Shown here: positions 12,611-26,420 of the stretch, one piece after another
Layout of the letters: each line of letters starts with the position of its first letter
Position numbering within the stretch: the first letter of the stretch is position 1
Source: Felis catus
Taxonomy: Eukaryota
Direction of reading: 5' to 3'
Assembly (NCBI RefSeq): GCF_018350175.1
Contig: NC_058369.1
Coordinates: 22,384,001-22,448,000, forward strand
Length of the DNA stretch: 64,000 nt
The notes under the pieces: generated by a model
What the model was told of the DNA's origin: nothing
Database searches by the model: none
What the model saw: only the letters and a program-made list of their open reading frames with translations
Made by a program: the position numbers and the translations under genes

Positions 12611-13149
12611 GAAATGTTTAAAAAGAACAAAAGAGAACAAAGAACCCCACTGTGCCCGGCATTAGTTGTGATGTGGCTGGATGTGGCAATATGATTGATA
12701 AGGCAGAGGATAGAAGTGTAGCCCTTGACACCTAGCAGCTACTTAACAAACATTCATTCCCTCCTCACCACACTTAATTGGGCTGCCAGGGGCTTTATAG
12801 ACTCTCTGAGCAGACTGAGTAGTAATTTTCTACTGGACATATTTGTGATCTCTTCATTTTAGTCTGCAGATGGACCCTTTGAGCTGTCTTAGACTGGGTC
12901 AGGTGCTTTTAAAGTGGAGAAACTATTTTGCTCTATTATTTTCATGTCAGTTTCTCAGGTCTATGTAAGTAAACATTTCCATATTTTTTTTTTGTCCAAG
13001 TTGTATATGGATTAAATTGTTGCAGTGGAAATGTGCCATGCTGTGAAATGGAAAATCTGTGGCTATGAATTTAGGCATACGTTGAAAGAAAGGTACAAGG
13101 CAATTATATGAATAATTCTTAGGGAGATGAAAACAAACCCAAAAATAAA

Positions 13150-13345
13150 TAGCCAACATTTTTAGAATGTTAGGGGTCATGCCAAATCTTTACAAGCTTT
13201 ATCCTCAACCCCTTTGAGTTACTATGATGGGTCCCAGTGTACGCTTGAGGAAACCGAGGCAACTTGTCCAAGGTTACAAGGAAGTGAATGGCAGAGATAG
13301 GATTTAAATCCTGTCTGGACAGTTTCAGCTTCCAAGTTTTGCATA
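13150..13345 (-). mobile_element. MIR
   Basis: gaggaaaccgaggc..aacttgtccaaggttaca antisense core. Confidence 0.75.
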
Positions 13346-13475
13346 TATTCCTTTCCCTCAGAGCCAAATCCTCATGAAATAAAATTCATAAGCCTTAAAC
13401 AAATTGCTGATAGATTTTAAGGATGTAGTTTTCTAAGTAAGGAAGGGACTCTCATATATATATTAGTTTTTATAA

Positions 13476-13684
13476 TTTTTTTAAATGTTTATTTATTTTT
13501 GAGAGAGAGAGAGAGACAGAGCATGAGCAGGGGGAAGGCAGAGAGGGAGACACAGAATCCGAAGCAGGCTCCAGGCTTTGAGCTGTCAGCACAGAGCCCG
13601 ACATGGGGCTCAAACTCACAAACCGTGAGGTCATGACCTGAGCTGAAGTCAGACTCTCAACCGACTGAGCCACCCAGGTGCCCC
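13476..13684 (-). mobile_element. CanSINE inserted at the edge of a MIR (13690-13840)
   Basis: Full body; TSD tttttataatt. Confidence 0.95.
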
Positions 13685-14529
13685 ATTTTTTATAATTCTT
13701 ACATTCACTCTGTGAGTTAGGGATTGTTCTCATCGTTCAGATAGGGAAACCAAGACTCAGAGAGGTTGTTACTTGCCCTTGGTTACACAGCAAGTAGAGA
13801 AGAAGGTGTTTAAACCAAAGTCTGTCTACTTCCATAGCCCTCAGACTTCTGTTCTTAAGAACTTCAAGTCATCTTCAGTCTTGTCCTGTTTTCTCTCAAC
13901 CCCTCTGCTGGGGCTCACGTTCAAAGAATGTTTTATACAAGATCCCTGAAATTGGTCTCACAGAGTTCTGTTTCTCCTTGTCTAACAGCCATGTGACTCA
14001 AAGTGAAAAAACTTCACATTGAGATAAGTTTCTGTCTTGCTGTATCTAGATTCCATTTATTCTCTATCTGATATAATATTTCTGTTTAGAATGTACATTT
14101 GTGGCATGATTCTTAAAACAATGCAATAGTTTCTGTAGTTCTTCATAGTCTACGTTGTCAATGCTCTGAATTAGGCGGAACACAGAATTCCTTTAAGATT
14201 AGGAGTATCTGACAGGGTTTGTTTGGATTTCCTTGACATAGCTGTTTACAGCCAGATTCTCCTTGTCTGAACACACAGAACCTGAGAGGACTGACAAGCG
14301 ACAAGGGAGACACTCTGAGGCACAGAAGATGCTCCGGGGAGAGAAGTCCCTGAAGGGCTGGAGGGAGGCGGGAATGGTGGCTGGCGCCCTGGGCTCCGGT
14401 CTGAGCTTCGCCACTTCAGCCCTGGGACTCCAGATCCGTAGGAGGTTAGGTCAGGTGGTCTGTAAGGTAGATATGAAACCAGGAAGCTGGGTTATCACCT
14501 CTGGCAGAAGGGGGAGGAATTCTTCCCAT

Positions 14530-14770
14530 ATGATAACACGTTTGCCATGTGCCAAACAATTCGCTGAGCACAGTTCAGGGACAATTGATAGAAGAATCCT
14601 CATAACAGCCCCGTGAGGGGAGTGCCGCTAGTCCCCTTATTTCACAGATGAACAACCTGAGACTCTGAGAGTTTCGGTCACTTCACCCAATGTCCCACGG
14701 CCAGTAAGAGGCAGAGTGAGGATTCAGACCCAGTCCAGCTGGCACAGGGACTTGTACCTTAACCACCTAG
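14530..14770 (-). mobile_element. MIR
   Basis: tttcacagatgaacaacctgagactctgagag antisense core. Confidence 0.8.
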
Positions 14771-15369
14771 CACTAGGGCCCTGAAGCTAATGGAATGACC
14801 TAGCATTCTACTGCCCAGAGAGAACCCATTCTCCACACAAATGCATTCACACATATACAGTAGACAAAACTGGATCCTACTATATGTGCTATTTGTAATT
14901 GTTCTTTCTCTTAGCAATGTACTCAAAAATAACCATCTTTAAAGTAAATCCCTCCCTCCCCTCCTGCAGGGTTCTTCCGGTACAAATAGGCAGATTGTGG
15001 GGTGGGACGCTGAGAAGGGCACCAGGCCAGCGTGGGGCTCACTGCTAACGATACACCCCAGAGCCTTCCAATGACCCCCAAACAGCCAGATCCTATTCAG
15101 CAAATGGAGAAAAAAAGAATTTTCTTGGCTTTGTTTTGTAGCTTCCATTAGCTTAACTGTCATCAAGAACAATGCTGAGTCAGGGCCTGAATTATCTTTT
15201 TCTCTGCTGAGGTTCTTGCCTTTGGCTTGCTGCCATTCTCTGCGTGCTACAAGGGATGAAGACAGGTCTCCACCTCATCCATCTCTCAAGAAAGCTGATA
15301 GGTATTATATATAATTTAATGGAGAGCAACATAACATGTAAGTTAGAAGGGTGCATTCCAGTCCTCGTT

Positions 15370-15530
15370 CCAACACTGCCTGCCGAGCTGTGTGTCCTTG
15401 AGCATGTCATTTAATTCAGAGCCTTGGTTTTTTCAAGCATCCAGTACAGATCCCAAGACTGCCTCCCTCCTAGGGCCATCCGTCATCAGGGTGGGATGAG
15501 ATAGGGTGGAGGATGCTCGGCACAGTGCCA
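15370..15530 (+). mobile_element. MIR
   Basis: agctgtgtgtccttgagcatgtcatttaa core. Confidence 0.65.
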
Positions 15531-17247
15531 GTACTCCAGCCTCGCGCTTGTCTGGGGAGATTCCACTTCTGTGCCCTTCAGGGTCACCTGGGATCATGTT
15601 GCCGTTCCCAAGACACTTGGTAAGGATCGCGCTGTCCAGACAAATCTCACCACACAAGCCCTGGGGACATCTGGGTCTTGCGACCTAGTGGGCTCCCTGA
15701 GGACAAGGGCATTGCTCTCCCTTTCTCAAATGTTCGAAGTTATCTGGGAGAAACCTGTCCTCTTCTTCACAGGAATTTGGCCAGAGAAACAGGGTGTAGG
15801 GACCCTTCTCAAGGGATGTATCAGTATCTTTTTTTTTTCTTCCCCTCTTTCCCACTTGCTCTGTCCCTCCAAGTCTGGGGAATTTTGATCTAACCTGGAG
15901 CAGGGGAGGGGGAGCGCTGTTGGACAGGATAAGCCATTCCCTACCGTATATTCTTGCAAGTCTTTTGACTAACTCAAGGAGATGCTCTTGAAACTCAAAA
16001 GCCAAACATTGATCCCTGTATTTGTTGTGTTCTACTGTATCAAAAGGGTACCCTGCTGTAGCAGCAGGGCTTTATTTTATGGAGAATGCTAAGCAACTCA
16101 CTACTTTTCGTTGCCTGGCTAATACCTGTACAGGTTGGCTTTACAATCTTCGTGTGAGCACTGCCCTGAAGAGTCTGTGAGCTCCTCAGTCTCTGGCACC
16201 CAGCATAGTGTCTGGTACACAGTAGGCACTTCATACATGCCTGTTGAATGACAGCATATCTAAAACAAGAGATATATTGCTTCTGTTTGTGAAATGTGAT
16301 TTTTAAGGTCCTCAATGGTAGTTTTTGTGCGCAAAAGAGATTATTCGTAAGTAACGTTGATTTTTAAATTAATCTTTCGTATATTGAAGTTAGAATTAAA
16401 AAAGAAACTTGGTATTTCATAGGCTTTTAAGTTTATATTGTAAATCTTATTATTTTGCTTGTAAACCCAGAAAGTCACTTTTAAGGGGTCTTTGATTAAT
16501 GCTTGGTCCAATTTACAACTTGGTTAATTTCCTTTTAAACTGCTTTTATAAATTTAATATATTAAATTTCCTTTTAAGTACTGTAACTGTCTGACTTAAC
16601 AAAACCTTCCTGAATACTCACATAACTCTCATAAATCTAATACATCAAACTTATAAATATGGTAAGCCTTCAGTTCTATTAAATTATTCAGTTCCATAAT
16701 AAACTTACTATGATTTGAACTTAAAACCACAAGTCTAAATCAAGTCCACATTTAAAATTAGAATCACAAGGATGACCTCTTGCCTCATTAGACCAAATTC
16801 TTTTAAACATTATAAACACATAAAAGGCCAAAAATGCACAGGTTTCTTAATCTGAAAATGTTAATACTATACATTTGAAATTTTTAAATATTTCTATAGT
16901 TATTTTTAAGTCATCACAGAGTTGAAAGATATTGTTGATGCACTAAGAAAATGACCATGCCATCCTGAACAACTTTCCTTGTCTTTTATTTTTCTCCTCT
17001 ATACATCTGTTCTTCAACCAACCTGACCACATCTCAATGAAGACCTTGTCATCCAGTGCCTCGGTGACCCTGGCCAAAGCTACTGAGAGTTCCTGTTCTC
17101 TTTACCTAGGAAGAGTGCAGTTAGCTTAGATTAACCACTAAGGTCTTAACCTTAAAATTCTGGAATTCATATTTTTCTATTTATTCACAAGTATGGTTTT
17201 CCATTTAGGCTAATAGGAATGCACAAAACTACTAAAAATTGGATCAT

Positions 17248-17462
17248 GGGGCGCCTGGGTGGCACAGTCGGTTGAATGTCCACTTTAGCTCAGGTCATGA
17301 TCTCAAGGTTTGTGAGTTTGAGCCCCACGTCAGGCTCTGTGCTGACAGCTCAGAGCCTAGAGCCTGCTTCAGATTCTGTGTCTCCCTCTCTCTCTGCCCC
17401 TCCCCCACTCACACTCTGTCTGTATCTCTCTCAAAAATAAATAAACATTAGAAAATTTTTTT
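17248..17462 (+). mobile_element. CanSINE
   Basis: Full body; TSD aattggatc(a/g)t. Confidence 0.95.
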
Positions 17463-18468
17463 AATTGGATCGTAGACTGCCCATGAAAAGCCCCCATCGC
17501 AGAGAATGCTCTTTATTGTACATATTATGTTTGTAGTCTGCTCCTGTTCAATGTCACTCATTGGTTGTATGGACCCAAAGGAATTTGGGGGCCTTTTGAC
17601 CTCAGAGCACAAATCGTCAAGAAGTCACATCTGGGAACACCCAGGAAGAGTTTTAAAATCAGGAGGACACATTTGTAAAATATATGTTCCAATTTATTTT
17701 GAAAATCATGTCCCTGGTAGATGGGTCATGTCATTGCTACAACTTCTGGGGACTGGACTGAATTAGCATCATTGTGCCTGCCATTTGATGCCTGGTTTCT
17801 GCAACAGCATACTGAATAATAAATGAATGGGAGGCAGTATGCATAACAGTAAAAGTTGGGGTGTGAATTACAAGACCAGTGCTCTAACCCCTGAGCTATA
17901 GGGCCTTGCATGGGGGGTGTGAATTAGACCTCCTTCTGTTTAAATCCGAGATCCAGTCCTTAAAATCATGTGAGTTTGAGGGTCAATTTTATACAAATAA
18001 ATTTGATAACTTGCATGAAATGGACAAGTTCTTAGATAGACACAAACTAATGAAACTGACTGAAGAAGACATTTTAAAAATTAAATAGACCTTTAATAAG
18101 TAAGAAATTGAATTAGTAATTAAAAATCTTTACACACACACAAAAGTCCTGGCCCAGATGGTTTCACTGGTGAATTTTATTAAATGTTATTGTTTACAGA
18201 AGAAATAATCCCAATATCGCACAAATTCTTCCAAAAAATTCTCCCAACTCACTCTGTGAGACCAGTATCATACAGATGCGGTGGCTAGAAAAAGACATCG
18301 TAAGAAAGGAAAACTAAAGATCAATACCCCACATAATTACAGACATGAAAGTCCTCAACAAAATATTAGCAGAATCCAACAATATACCAAAAAGATTATA
18401 CAGCATGATCAAGTAGGATTTATCCAGAAACGCGAGGTTGGTTTAACAACTAAAAATCAACCAAGATA

Positions 18469-19101
18469 TGGGAATGCAGGCTGGCGCAGCCACTCTGGAA
18501 AACAGTATGGAGGTTCTTCAAAAAACTAGAACTACCCTACAACCCAGCAATTGCACTACTAGGCATTTATCCATGGGATACAAGTGTGCTGTTTTGAAGG
18601 GACACATGCACCCCCATGTTTATAGCAGCACTATCAATAATAGCCAAAGTATGGAAAGAGCCCAAATATCCATCGATGGATGAATGGATAAAGAAGATGT
18701 GGTATATACACACACACACACACACAATGGAGTATTACTCGGCAATCAAAAAAGAATGAAATCTTGCCATTTGCAACTACGTGGATGGAACTGGAGGGTA
18801 TTATGCTAAGTGAAATTAGTCAGAGAAAGACAAAAATCAAATGACTCCACTTATATGAGGACTTTAAGAGACAAAACAGATGAGCATAAGGGAAGGGAAA
18901 CAAAAATAACAAAAACAGGGAGGGGGACGAAACAGAAGAGACTCATAAATTCGGAGAACAAACTGAGTTACTGGAGGGGTTGTGGGAGGGGGGATGGGGT
19001 AAATGGGTAGGGGCACTAAGGAATCTACTCCTGAAATCATTGTTGCACTATATGCTAACTAATTTGGATGTAAATTTTAAAAAATAAAATTAAAAATAAA
19101 A
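18469..19101 (+). mobile_element. Young 5'-truncated carnivore/felid L1 nested in the old L1
   Basis: ORF2 C-terminus, 3' UTR and A-rich tail; perfect 18-bp TSD taaaaatcaaccaagata at 18451-18468 and 19102-19119. Confidence 0.95.
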
Positions 19102-19485
19102 TAAAAATCAACCAAGATAATACGCCAAAAACCACACGATCATCTCAGTAGACACAGAAAAATCATTTGCCAATATTCAGTACACATTTGTGATTTAAAA
19201 ACAGAAACTTGGAATATAAGGGAACTTCTTCAAGCTGGTAAAGGGCATCTGTGAAAAATCTCACTTAATGGTGAAAGACTGAATACTTTCCTCCTAACAT
19301 GAGGACCAAAGCACTGTTATCTATTGTCACCTTTTTTTATTCAACAATATATTGGAGATTCTAGCCAGTGAAATCAGGCAAGAAAAATAAAAGGCATACA
19401 GATTAGAAAGGAAGAAGTAAAACTGTTTTGATTTACAGATGTTATGACCCTGTGTATAGAATATTCTGAAGCACCTACACATATA

Positions 19486-19527
<42 letters not shown>

Positions 19528-19530
19528 ACA
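19486..19530. repeat. (CA)n microsatellite
   Basis: Read directly from the sequence. Confidence 0.95.
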
Positions 19531-19647
19531 GAACTAATAAACAAGTTCAGCAAGATTGTAGGATACAGGATCAATATACAGAAATCAATTGTATTTGTGT
19601 ATATAAGCAATGTGCAATCCAAAAATGAAATTAAGAATATAATTCCA

Positions 19648-19826
19648 GGGGTGCATGTGTGGATCATTCAGTTGAATGGCCTACTCTTAATTTGGGCTCA
19701 GGTCATGATCCCAGGATCGTGGGATCAAGTGTCATGTTGGGCTCCGGGCTGAGCGTGGAGACTGCTTAAGATTCTCTCTGCCCCTCTCTCTCACTGTCTC
19801 ACGTGCTCGGTCTTTTTCTAAAAAAA
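19648..19826 (+). mobile_element. Older CanSINE
   Basis: Degenerate head ggggtgcatgtgtggatcattcagttgaa; followed by CA-rich repeats. Confidence 0.85.
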
Positions 19827-20891
19827 TTATATATACACACACACACACCCACACCCACACCCACACCCACACCCACCCATATATGTAATCTATTCACAAT
19901 AGCATCAAAAATAGTAAAATACATAGGAACAAATTTTTAAAAAGAAATCCAAGAGTTGTATGCTGAAAATAATAAAATTTTGCTGAGGAAAAATTAAAGA
20001 AGATTTAAGTAAATAGATATTTCATGTCCATGGATTGGAAGACACAATACTGTTAAGATGTTGGTTATCTCCAAATTGATTTGTAGATTCAGTGCAATTC
20101 TTGTCAAAATTCCAGCATACTTTTTTGGGGTAAAATTGACAAAGGGATCCTAAACTTTATATGGAAATACTTAGACTAACCAAAGCAATTTTGGAAAAGA
20201 AGAATAAAATTGAAGGATTTTCATCTCCCAGTTTCAAAACTTACTACTAAGCTGCACTTATATACACTCTGATATTGTCACAAGGATAGATCTATAAATC
20301 AAAGGAATAGAATTAAGAGCCCAGAAATATATGTCTATATCTATAGTCAATTGATTTTGTTTTTAACAAATGCCAAGGTAATTTATTGGGGAATGGATAG
20401 TCTGTGCAACAAAAGGTGCTGGGATAAGTAGATAAGCTTAGACTTTCACCTCATACCATACACAAAAATTAATTTAAAATGGGTTACAGACTTAAATGGA
20501 AGAGTTAAAATAATAAAATTCTTAGGAAAAAAAAACCTACAAGAGGATCTTCAAGACCATGAATTAGGCAAAGATTTCTTAGGTACAATACAAGGAAAAC
20601 ATAGTCAGTAAAATGAAAAGTTGATAACTTAGATCTTATCAAAATTTAAAACTTTTGCCCTTCAGAAGACACCATTAAGAAAATGAAAAGACAGGACTCA
20701 GACTGGGAGAAAATATTGGCAAAACACATATCCAATTAAGGACTTGTATTAAGAATTTACAAACATATAAACACAATTGAATTATAAGATAAATAACCAA
20801 ATCAAAAAAGAAAGGGCAAAAGATGTAAGCATGGAAATTACACTCCCCCCTCCCCCAAATGAATGGTCAAGAGGTACATGAAAAGATGCTC

Positions 20892-20979
20892 GGGGTGCCT
20901 GGGTGGCTCAGTCAGTGAAGCATCTGACTCTTGATTTCAGCTCAGGGCATGATCTTACAGTTAGTTCAAGCCCAGTGCA

Positions 20980-21019
<40 letters not shown>

Positions 21020-21051
21020 GATAGATAAATAAACTTAAAAAACAAACAAAC
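20892..21051 (+). mobile_element. CanSINE, internally deleted
   Basis: Head, long (CT)n; TSD agatgc(t/c)c. Confidence 0.9.
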
Positions 21052-21250
21052 AGATGCCCAACATGATTAGTCAATAGGGAAATGCAAATCAAAACCACAA
21101 TGGGATCCCATTTCACACTCACTAGAATGGCTGTAAGAAGTAAGACAGATGGTAACAAATGTTAGTGAAGATGTGGAGAAACAGGAACTCTCACACACTG
21201 TGGATGGGAATGTAAAATGGTACAGCTACTTTGGAAGCAATTTGGAAGTG

Positions 21251-21458
21251 TTTTTTTGTTTTTGTTTTTGTTTTTTTAGTTTATTTCTTTATTTTGAGAG
21301 AGAGAGCACGAGCAGGGTAGGGGCAGAGAGAGAGGGAGAGAGAATCCCAAGCAGGCTCCATGCTGTCAGCTCAAAGCCTAGATCTCACCAACCTTGAGAT
21401 CATGACCTGAGCCAAAATCCAGAATTGGACACTTAAGTGACTGAGCCACCTGGAGCCC
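21251..21458 (-). mobile_element. CanSINE
   Basis: (TTTTTG)n tail, body and head in reverse orientation. Confidence 0.9.
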
Positions 21459-21670
21459 TGTAGCAGTTTCGAAAAGGTAAACATAAAACCATTATGCAAT
21501 TCCACTCGTAGGTAGAGAGAAATAAAAGAAAAAATGAAAACATAAGTCCACATAAAGACTTACACACAATTGTTCGTAACTGTTATTCATAATAGCCCCA
21601 AACTGGGGAAACCAAAATGTCCATTAGCTGGAGAGTGGATAGACAAAATATGGTATATATTCAATGTATT

Positions 21671-21671
<1 letters not shown>

Positions 21672-21709
<38 letters not shown>
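21672..21709. repeat. (CA)n microsatellite
   Basis: Read directly from the sequence. Confidence 0.97.
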
Positions 21710-21711
<2 letters not shown>

Positions 21712-22059
21712 GGAATATCATGAACTACTTACACATGCTAATTGTGAGTGAACCTCAAAAAACATTATGCTAAGTGAAAGAAGCCAGAAACACATATGGT
21801 ATGATTTCATTTATATGGAATGCTCAGAAATACAGAAACAGAAAGTAGATTAGCAGATGCCTGTGGCTTAGGATATGAACAAGGATTAACTACCAATGGG
21901 CAGGAGGGATCTTACTGGGGAGATGAAAATGACCTGGAGCATTATGGTCATGGTTGTGCTATTTAGTAAAGTTAACTAAAAAGTATAGAATTGTACACTT
22001 GAATGGAGAGAATTTTATGACATGTGAAATATACCTCAATAAAGCTGTTTAAGAAAAAG

Positions 22060-22230
22060 CATGTGACTGGACAGATGACTAACTTCTCTATGCTTTAGCT
22101 TGTCATCTATAAAATGAAGATAATGAGAGTATTTACCTCATAGGTCATTGGACAGACCCAGTGAGAAAATATATATGTAATGTTTAAAGTCAGAGTGCCT
22201 GGCATATAGTGAACATTCATTTAAATACCA
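22060..22230 (+). mobile_element. MIR
   Basis: aacttctctatgctttagcttgtcatctataaaatg core. Confidence 0.75.
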
Positions 22231-22325
22231 GTTTCTATGATTTTTTTAAAGATTAGAACAAAGGTATGAAAGATAAGAAGTTTGTTTCTTTTATAGATGA
22301 TACTGGTATGTTAATAACCACTTGA

Positions 22326-22560
22326 GGGGTGCCTGGATGGCTCAGTTGGTTAAGTGTCTGACTTTGGTTCAGGTCATGATCTCACCGTTTGAGTTTGAGC
22401 CCCGCGTTGGGCTCTGTGCTGACAGAGCCCAGATCTGTGGATATCTCTCTCTCTTTCTCTCTCTCTCTCTCCGCCCCCACTTTCTCTCTGCCCCTCCCCA
22501 CCACACACACACTCTTTCTCTTTGTCTCAAAATAAATAAACTTAAAAAAATAAACTGCTA
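22326..22560 (+). mobile_element. CanSINE
   Basis: Head, CT linker, A tail; TSD aaccactt. Confidence 0.93.
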
Positions 22561-22569
22561 AAAACCACT

Positions 22570-23065
22570 TAAAAAGACATGTAGGACCTTAAATGCCTAA
22601 GTGAAAGAAGCCGATCTGGAAAGACTACATATTGTATAATTCCAACCAAATGACTCTCTGGAAAAGGCAGAACTATGGAGACAGTAGAAAGATCAGTGGT
22701 TGCCGGGGGTGGAGGGTGGAGAAAAGGGGATAAATCAGTGGACCACAGAGGATTGTTTAGGGCACTGAAAATATTCTGTATGAGATCATAATGATGGATA
22801 CATGTCATACATTTATCCAAATCTATGGAATATATAACACCAAGAGTGAACCATATGTGAACTATGGATTTGGGGTGAGAATGATGTCAGTGTAGGTTCA
22901 TCACTTGTAACAAATGTACCACCCTGCTGGGGGATGCTGATAGTAGGGAGGCTGAGCATGTGTAGGGCAAAGGTATGTGGGAACTCTATACCTGACCCTC
23001 AATTCACCCTGCTGTGAACCTAAAACTATTCTTAAAGAGTGAAGTCTTATTATTAATAAAAAAAA
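22570..23065 (+). mobile_element. L1MC-type 3' end
   Basis: agtgaaagaagcc...ggaaaaggcagaactatggagacag...caagagtgaacc...tgtgaacctaaaact. Confidence 0.85.
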
Positions 23066-23962
23066 CAACCCCCCAAAGCCTACTTACCTTTTTTTCAACA
23101 CTAACTATCTGTAGCACAGAAAAACTGATAGGTGAGGAAAAAACACTTGTGGGAAGCAAAATTTGGTTTAACAGATCAAATAGGCAAAAAATTCACTTTA
23201 AGGAATAATGAAACTAGAAGGCTTCATCATTTCCATTGATGAAATTCCAACTTAGGTAAAGTGAAAGATTTTGGTACCTAGAGTAAACTTCAGTCAAGAC
23301 ACAGTAAGTGTTTTTGTTTTTGTCTAAAACATTTAGGTATGCAAAATATTCATACAGTTCCTGAGTCAGAAACCACACAGTAAAGTCATTCTAGAAGTCT
23401 AGCTTCTATCCCCCTTTCCTGTTCCTTGTCCCCTTCTTCCCTCTCTAGGTAATCACTTTTTAGTTTGTTTTTTTTTTGGTTTTTTTTGGATTATCCTTCA
23501 ATTGTTTCATTTTTTGAAAATATAAGCACACATGTATGTTTTATTTTTTTCTTCCTCCTTTCTCACCAAAAGATACCAGGCTGTAAACCTTGTCCCCTGC
23601 TCCTTCTCCCCCTTAACAATATATATCCTAGTGATTATGCCATGGGGGGGGACATGGCACCCATTCCTTTGCCATGGTAATCCATGCTGTAGATGTCCCA
23701 TGGTTTATTCAGCCAGTTTCTTGGTTGTGACCATTGGGATTGTTTCCAGTCTTTGCTATAATACATAATGCTGCAATGCATAGCCTTGAAGTTGCAGTAA
23801 ATTTAAGGTGTAAACTATGAACATCCCTTGGCATCTGAATAAGTTTGTCCTTTGGCAGACCAAACCAGCTATGGCTTATGTAACAGATCCAGTACTGTTT
23901 GTTAAGAAGTTCCGCTTGGGGTACATGTTGGTTTGAATCACTTTGATATTATTCATTTTTCT

Positions 23963-24186
23963 TTTTTTTTTAATTTTTTTTTTCAACGTTTATTTATTTT
24001 TGGGACAGAGAGAGACAGAGCATGAACGGGGGAGGGGCAGAGAGAGAGGGAGACACAGAATCGGAAACAGGCTCCAGGCTCTGAGCCATCAGCCCAGAGC
24101 CCGACGCGGGGCTCGAACTCACGGACCGCGAGATCGTGACCTGGCTGAAGTCGGACGCTCAACCGACTGCGCCACCCAGGCGCCCC
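23963..24186 (-). mobile_element. Young felid SINEC_Fc-type SINE
   Basis: CpGs intact; perfect 18-bp TSD gatattattcatttttct at 23945-23962 and 24187-24204. Confidence 0.97.
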
Positions 24187-24527
24187 GATATTATTCATTT
24201 TTCTAAGCTCCTAAACTATTTTGGGAAAGAGTCCTTGATAGCAAATATCATTTCTTATTAACTGTCATAAGCAAATATTGACTTGTTTAATACCTACAAC
24301 CAAATTGCTTGACCATCTTTAATTAATATTTCCGGGAATTTCCATTTTATTGTACTAGTTATCAACTCTGTGAACCATCTTTCACTTGTTAAAGTGTGGA
24401 AATCTGGAATCTAACAAAATTGGTAAGTCAAATATCAGGTATTTGGAGTTGGACAGAGCCTTAGATATATTTTGCAAAGACTTTTAAATATCTTGAGTCT
24501 TTTAAAAACATTTATATATTTTCAAAA

Positions 24528-24714
24528 ATTGTTTTTAAAGTTTATTTATTTATTTTGAGAGAGAGAGAGAGAGAGGGAGAGAGAGATTCCCAAGCAGGCT
24601 CTGTGTTGTCAGCACAGAACCTGATGCGGGGCTCGATCTCATGAACCATGAGATTGTGACTTGGGCCGAAATCAAGAGTTGGATGCTTAACTGACTGGGC
24701 CACCCAGGTGCCCC
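24528..24714 (-). mobile_element. CanSINE
   Basis: Body and head in reverse orientation; TSD aacatttatat. Confidence 0.93.
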
Positions 24715-25603
24715 ACGAACATTTATATTTTTAACTTTTATTGATTATTTAAAAAATAAGTTATCTGTAATCATCAGAGAAACATTACGAAGTTCAGACA
24801 AAATGAAAAAAAAAAAAAAAAAACAAACCTACCTATAATCCCAACCTCTGAGATACCAGTATTAGCATTTGGATATCCTCATAGACTTTTTCAGTGAGAT
24901 AAACAGCCTCCCCCCCCAATATACATGCATATGTATTTTCTTCATTTCTTATTCTATATGTAGTCCAAGGAAATTTCAGCTTTTCTACTTAATGGGTTTA
25001 TTCCATGAACTTTGCTGTTTGCTTTGCATAACATATAGATGTTTTTTTCTGTTTGTCCATCAGAGTTAGCCATTTACATCTCTCTGCAGAGTTTACCTTA
25101 GCAACAGAAAATCAAGTTTTTTTTTTAATTGATAAATAAGTTAAAAGTCTGCAAGATTTGTTTCCGTGGTGTTCCAAGTCCTTGAACTACCCTCTGTGTG
25201 TTTGCCCAGGGCAGTTTACGTCCTAGAGGGACGTAGTATATGAGACTAGGTGGAGACTTGTCCTTGGAGAAATTGGTTATGCAGAAATGAAAGTCAGGCA
25301 GATTCTCCCTGATTATTATTCTGCTATTCAAAATATTTGCTGGAAAAAAAAATAATTCTCACAACTGCTTTCTGTGATCATGATAACTTATATCTTATTC
25401 TATCTACTGACATTGCATATCTAAAACCTTAACTATCTTGATGTTTCAGCACCATGTACCCAAAATAATTTCTGATAATGAACTGAATTTAAAATTTTCT
25501 ATGTGGATGTATTTTGACATTTTGTTGTGTATCTGGGGTAAAGGTGGAGCATTTTTCCCTGCCAGGGTCATTGAAATCAAAGGTCACGTGGAAATAATAT
25601 TGT

Positions 25604-25703
25604 GTTTGTGGGTTCAAGTCTCATGTCAGGCTCTGCTCTGACAGTGCAGAGATCAGACTGCTTGGGATTCTCTCTGTTTTCCTCTCTGCCCCCTCATCCC
25701 TTC

Positions 25704-25742
<39 letters not shown>

Positions 25743-25766
25743 AATAAAAAAATAAACATTAAAAAA
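25604..25766 (+). mobile_element. 5'-truncated CanSINE
   Basis: 3' body, (CT)n, A tail. Confidence 0.85.
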
Positions 25767-25939
25767 GAAGAAGAAGTGGAGAGTAGACAAGGAAAGAGGG
25801 AAGAAGAAGAATCAAACAGAGGAAGGAAACATCAAAAGACAGATAGGAGGGGCAGAGGGTAGGGACACACAACCTAAACACCATGCCCAAAGCAAAAGAG
25901 AAACACACCTGCAGACCAGAAGAAATTGTGAAAGTCGGT

Positions 25940-26420
25940 TAGAGAGCTGTTTGACAGTACTTACCAAATATTTGCGTTTCTAACTTTTCGACCCAGCAGT
26001 AGTACTTCTGGGTATCCATACTCCAGAAATACGCATACAAGGATGTTTATTAGAGCGTATTTACAATAGCAAAAAACTGTAACAACAAAAAACGATAGAC
26101 AACATGTGGCACAGTGGGAAGATGTTTAATAGACAAAAGAACATTTATTCAGTGAAATTCTAGGCAGTCTTTGAAAAGAATAAGGGAGAGTTATGTATAA
26201 TGATGTGAAAAGATAGGCACGTCAATCAAGCAAAAATCATGTGTTGCAAAACATCATGTGCTGTGGGATTCCAATTTTGTAAAAACAAAAAAATGTGTGT
26301 GTGAGAGTATACATTGAAACACAGTCTAGATGCATACGTGCTAAACTGTTGCTAGTTTGAGATTGGAAAGTTTGGATGTTGCAATGGTATTTATTAGTCT
26401 CCGGAGGATGAAAATGAGAG
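25940..26420 (+). mobile_element. Old L1ME-type 3' fragment
   Basis: gacccagcagtagtacttctgggtatcc...aaggatgtttatt. Confidence 0.65.

Larger units (their letters stand above)
17975..22058 (+). mobile_element. Old L1MB-type element (ORF2 3' half plus 3' UTR), decayed, with nested inserts
   Basis: ORF2 remnants (NKFDNLHEMDKFL; IIQHDQVGFI; ELINKFSKIVGYRINIQKSIVF); ends cctcaataaagctgttt. Confidence 0.9.
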
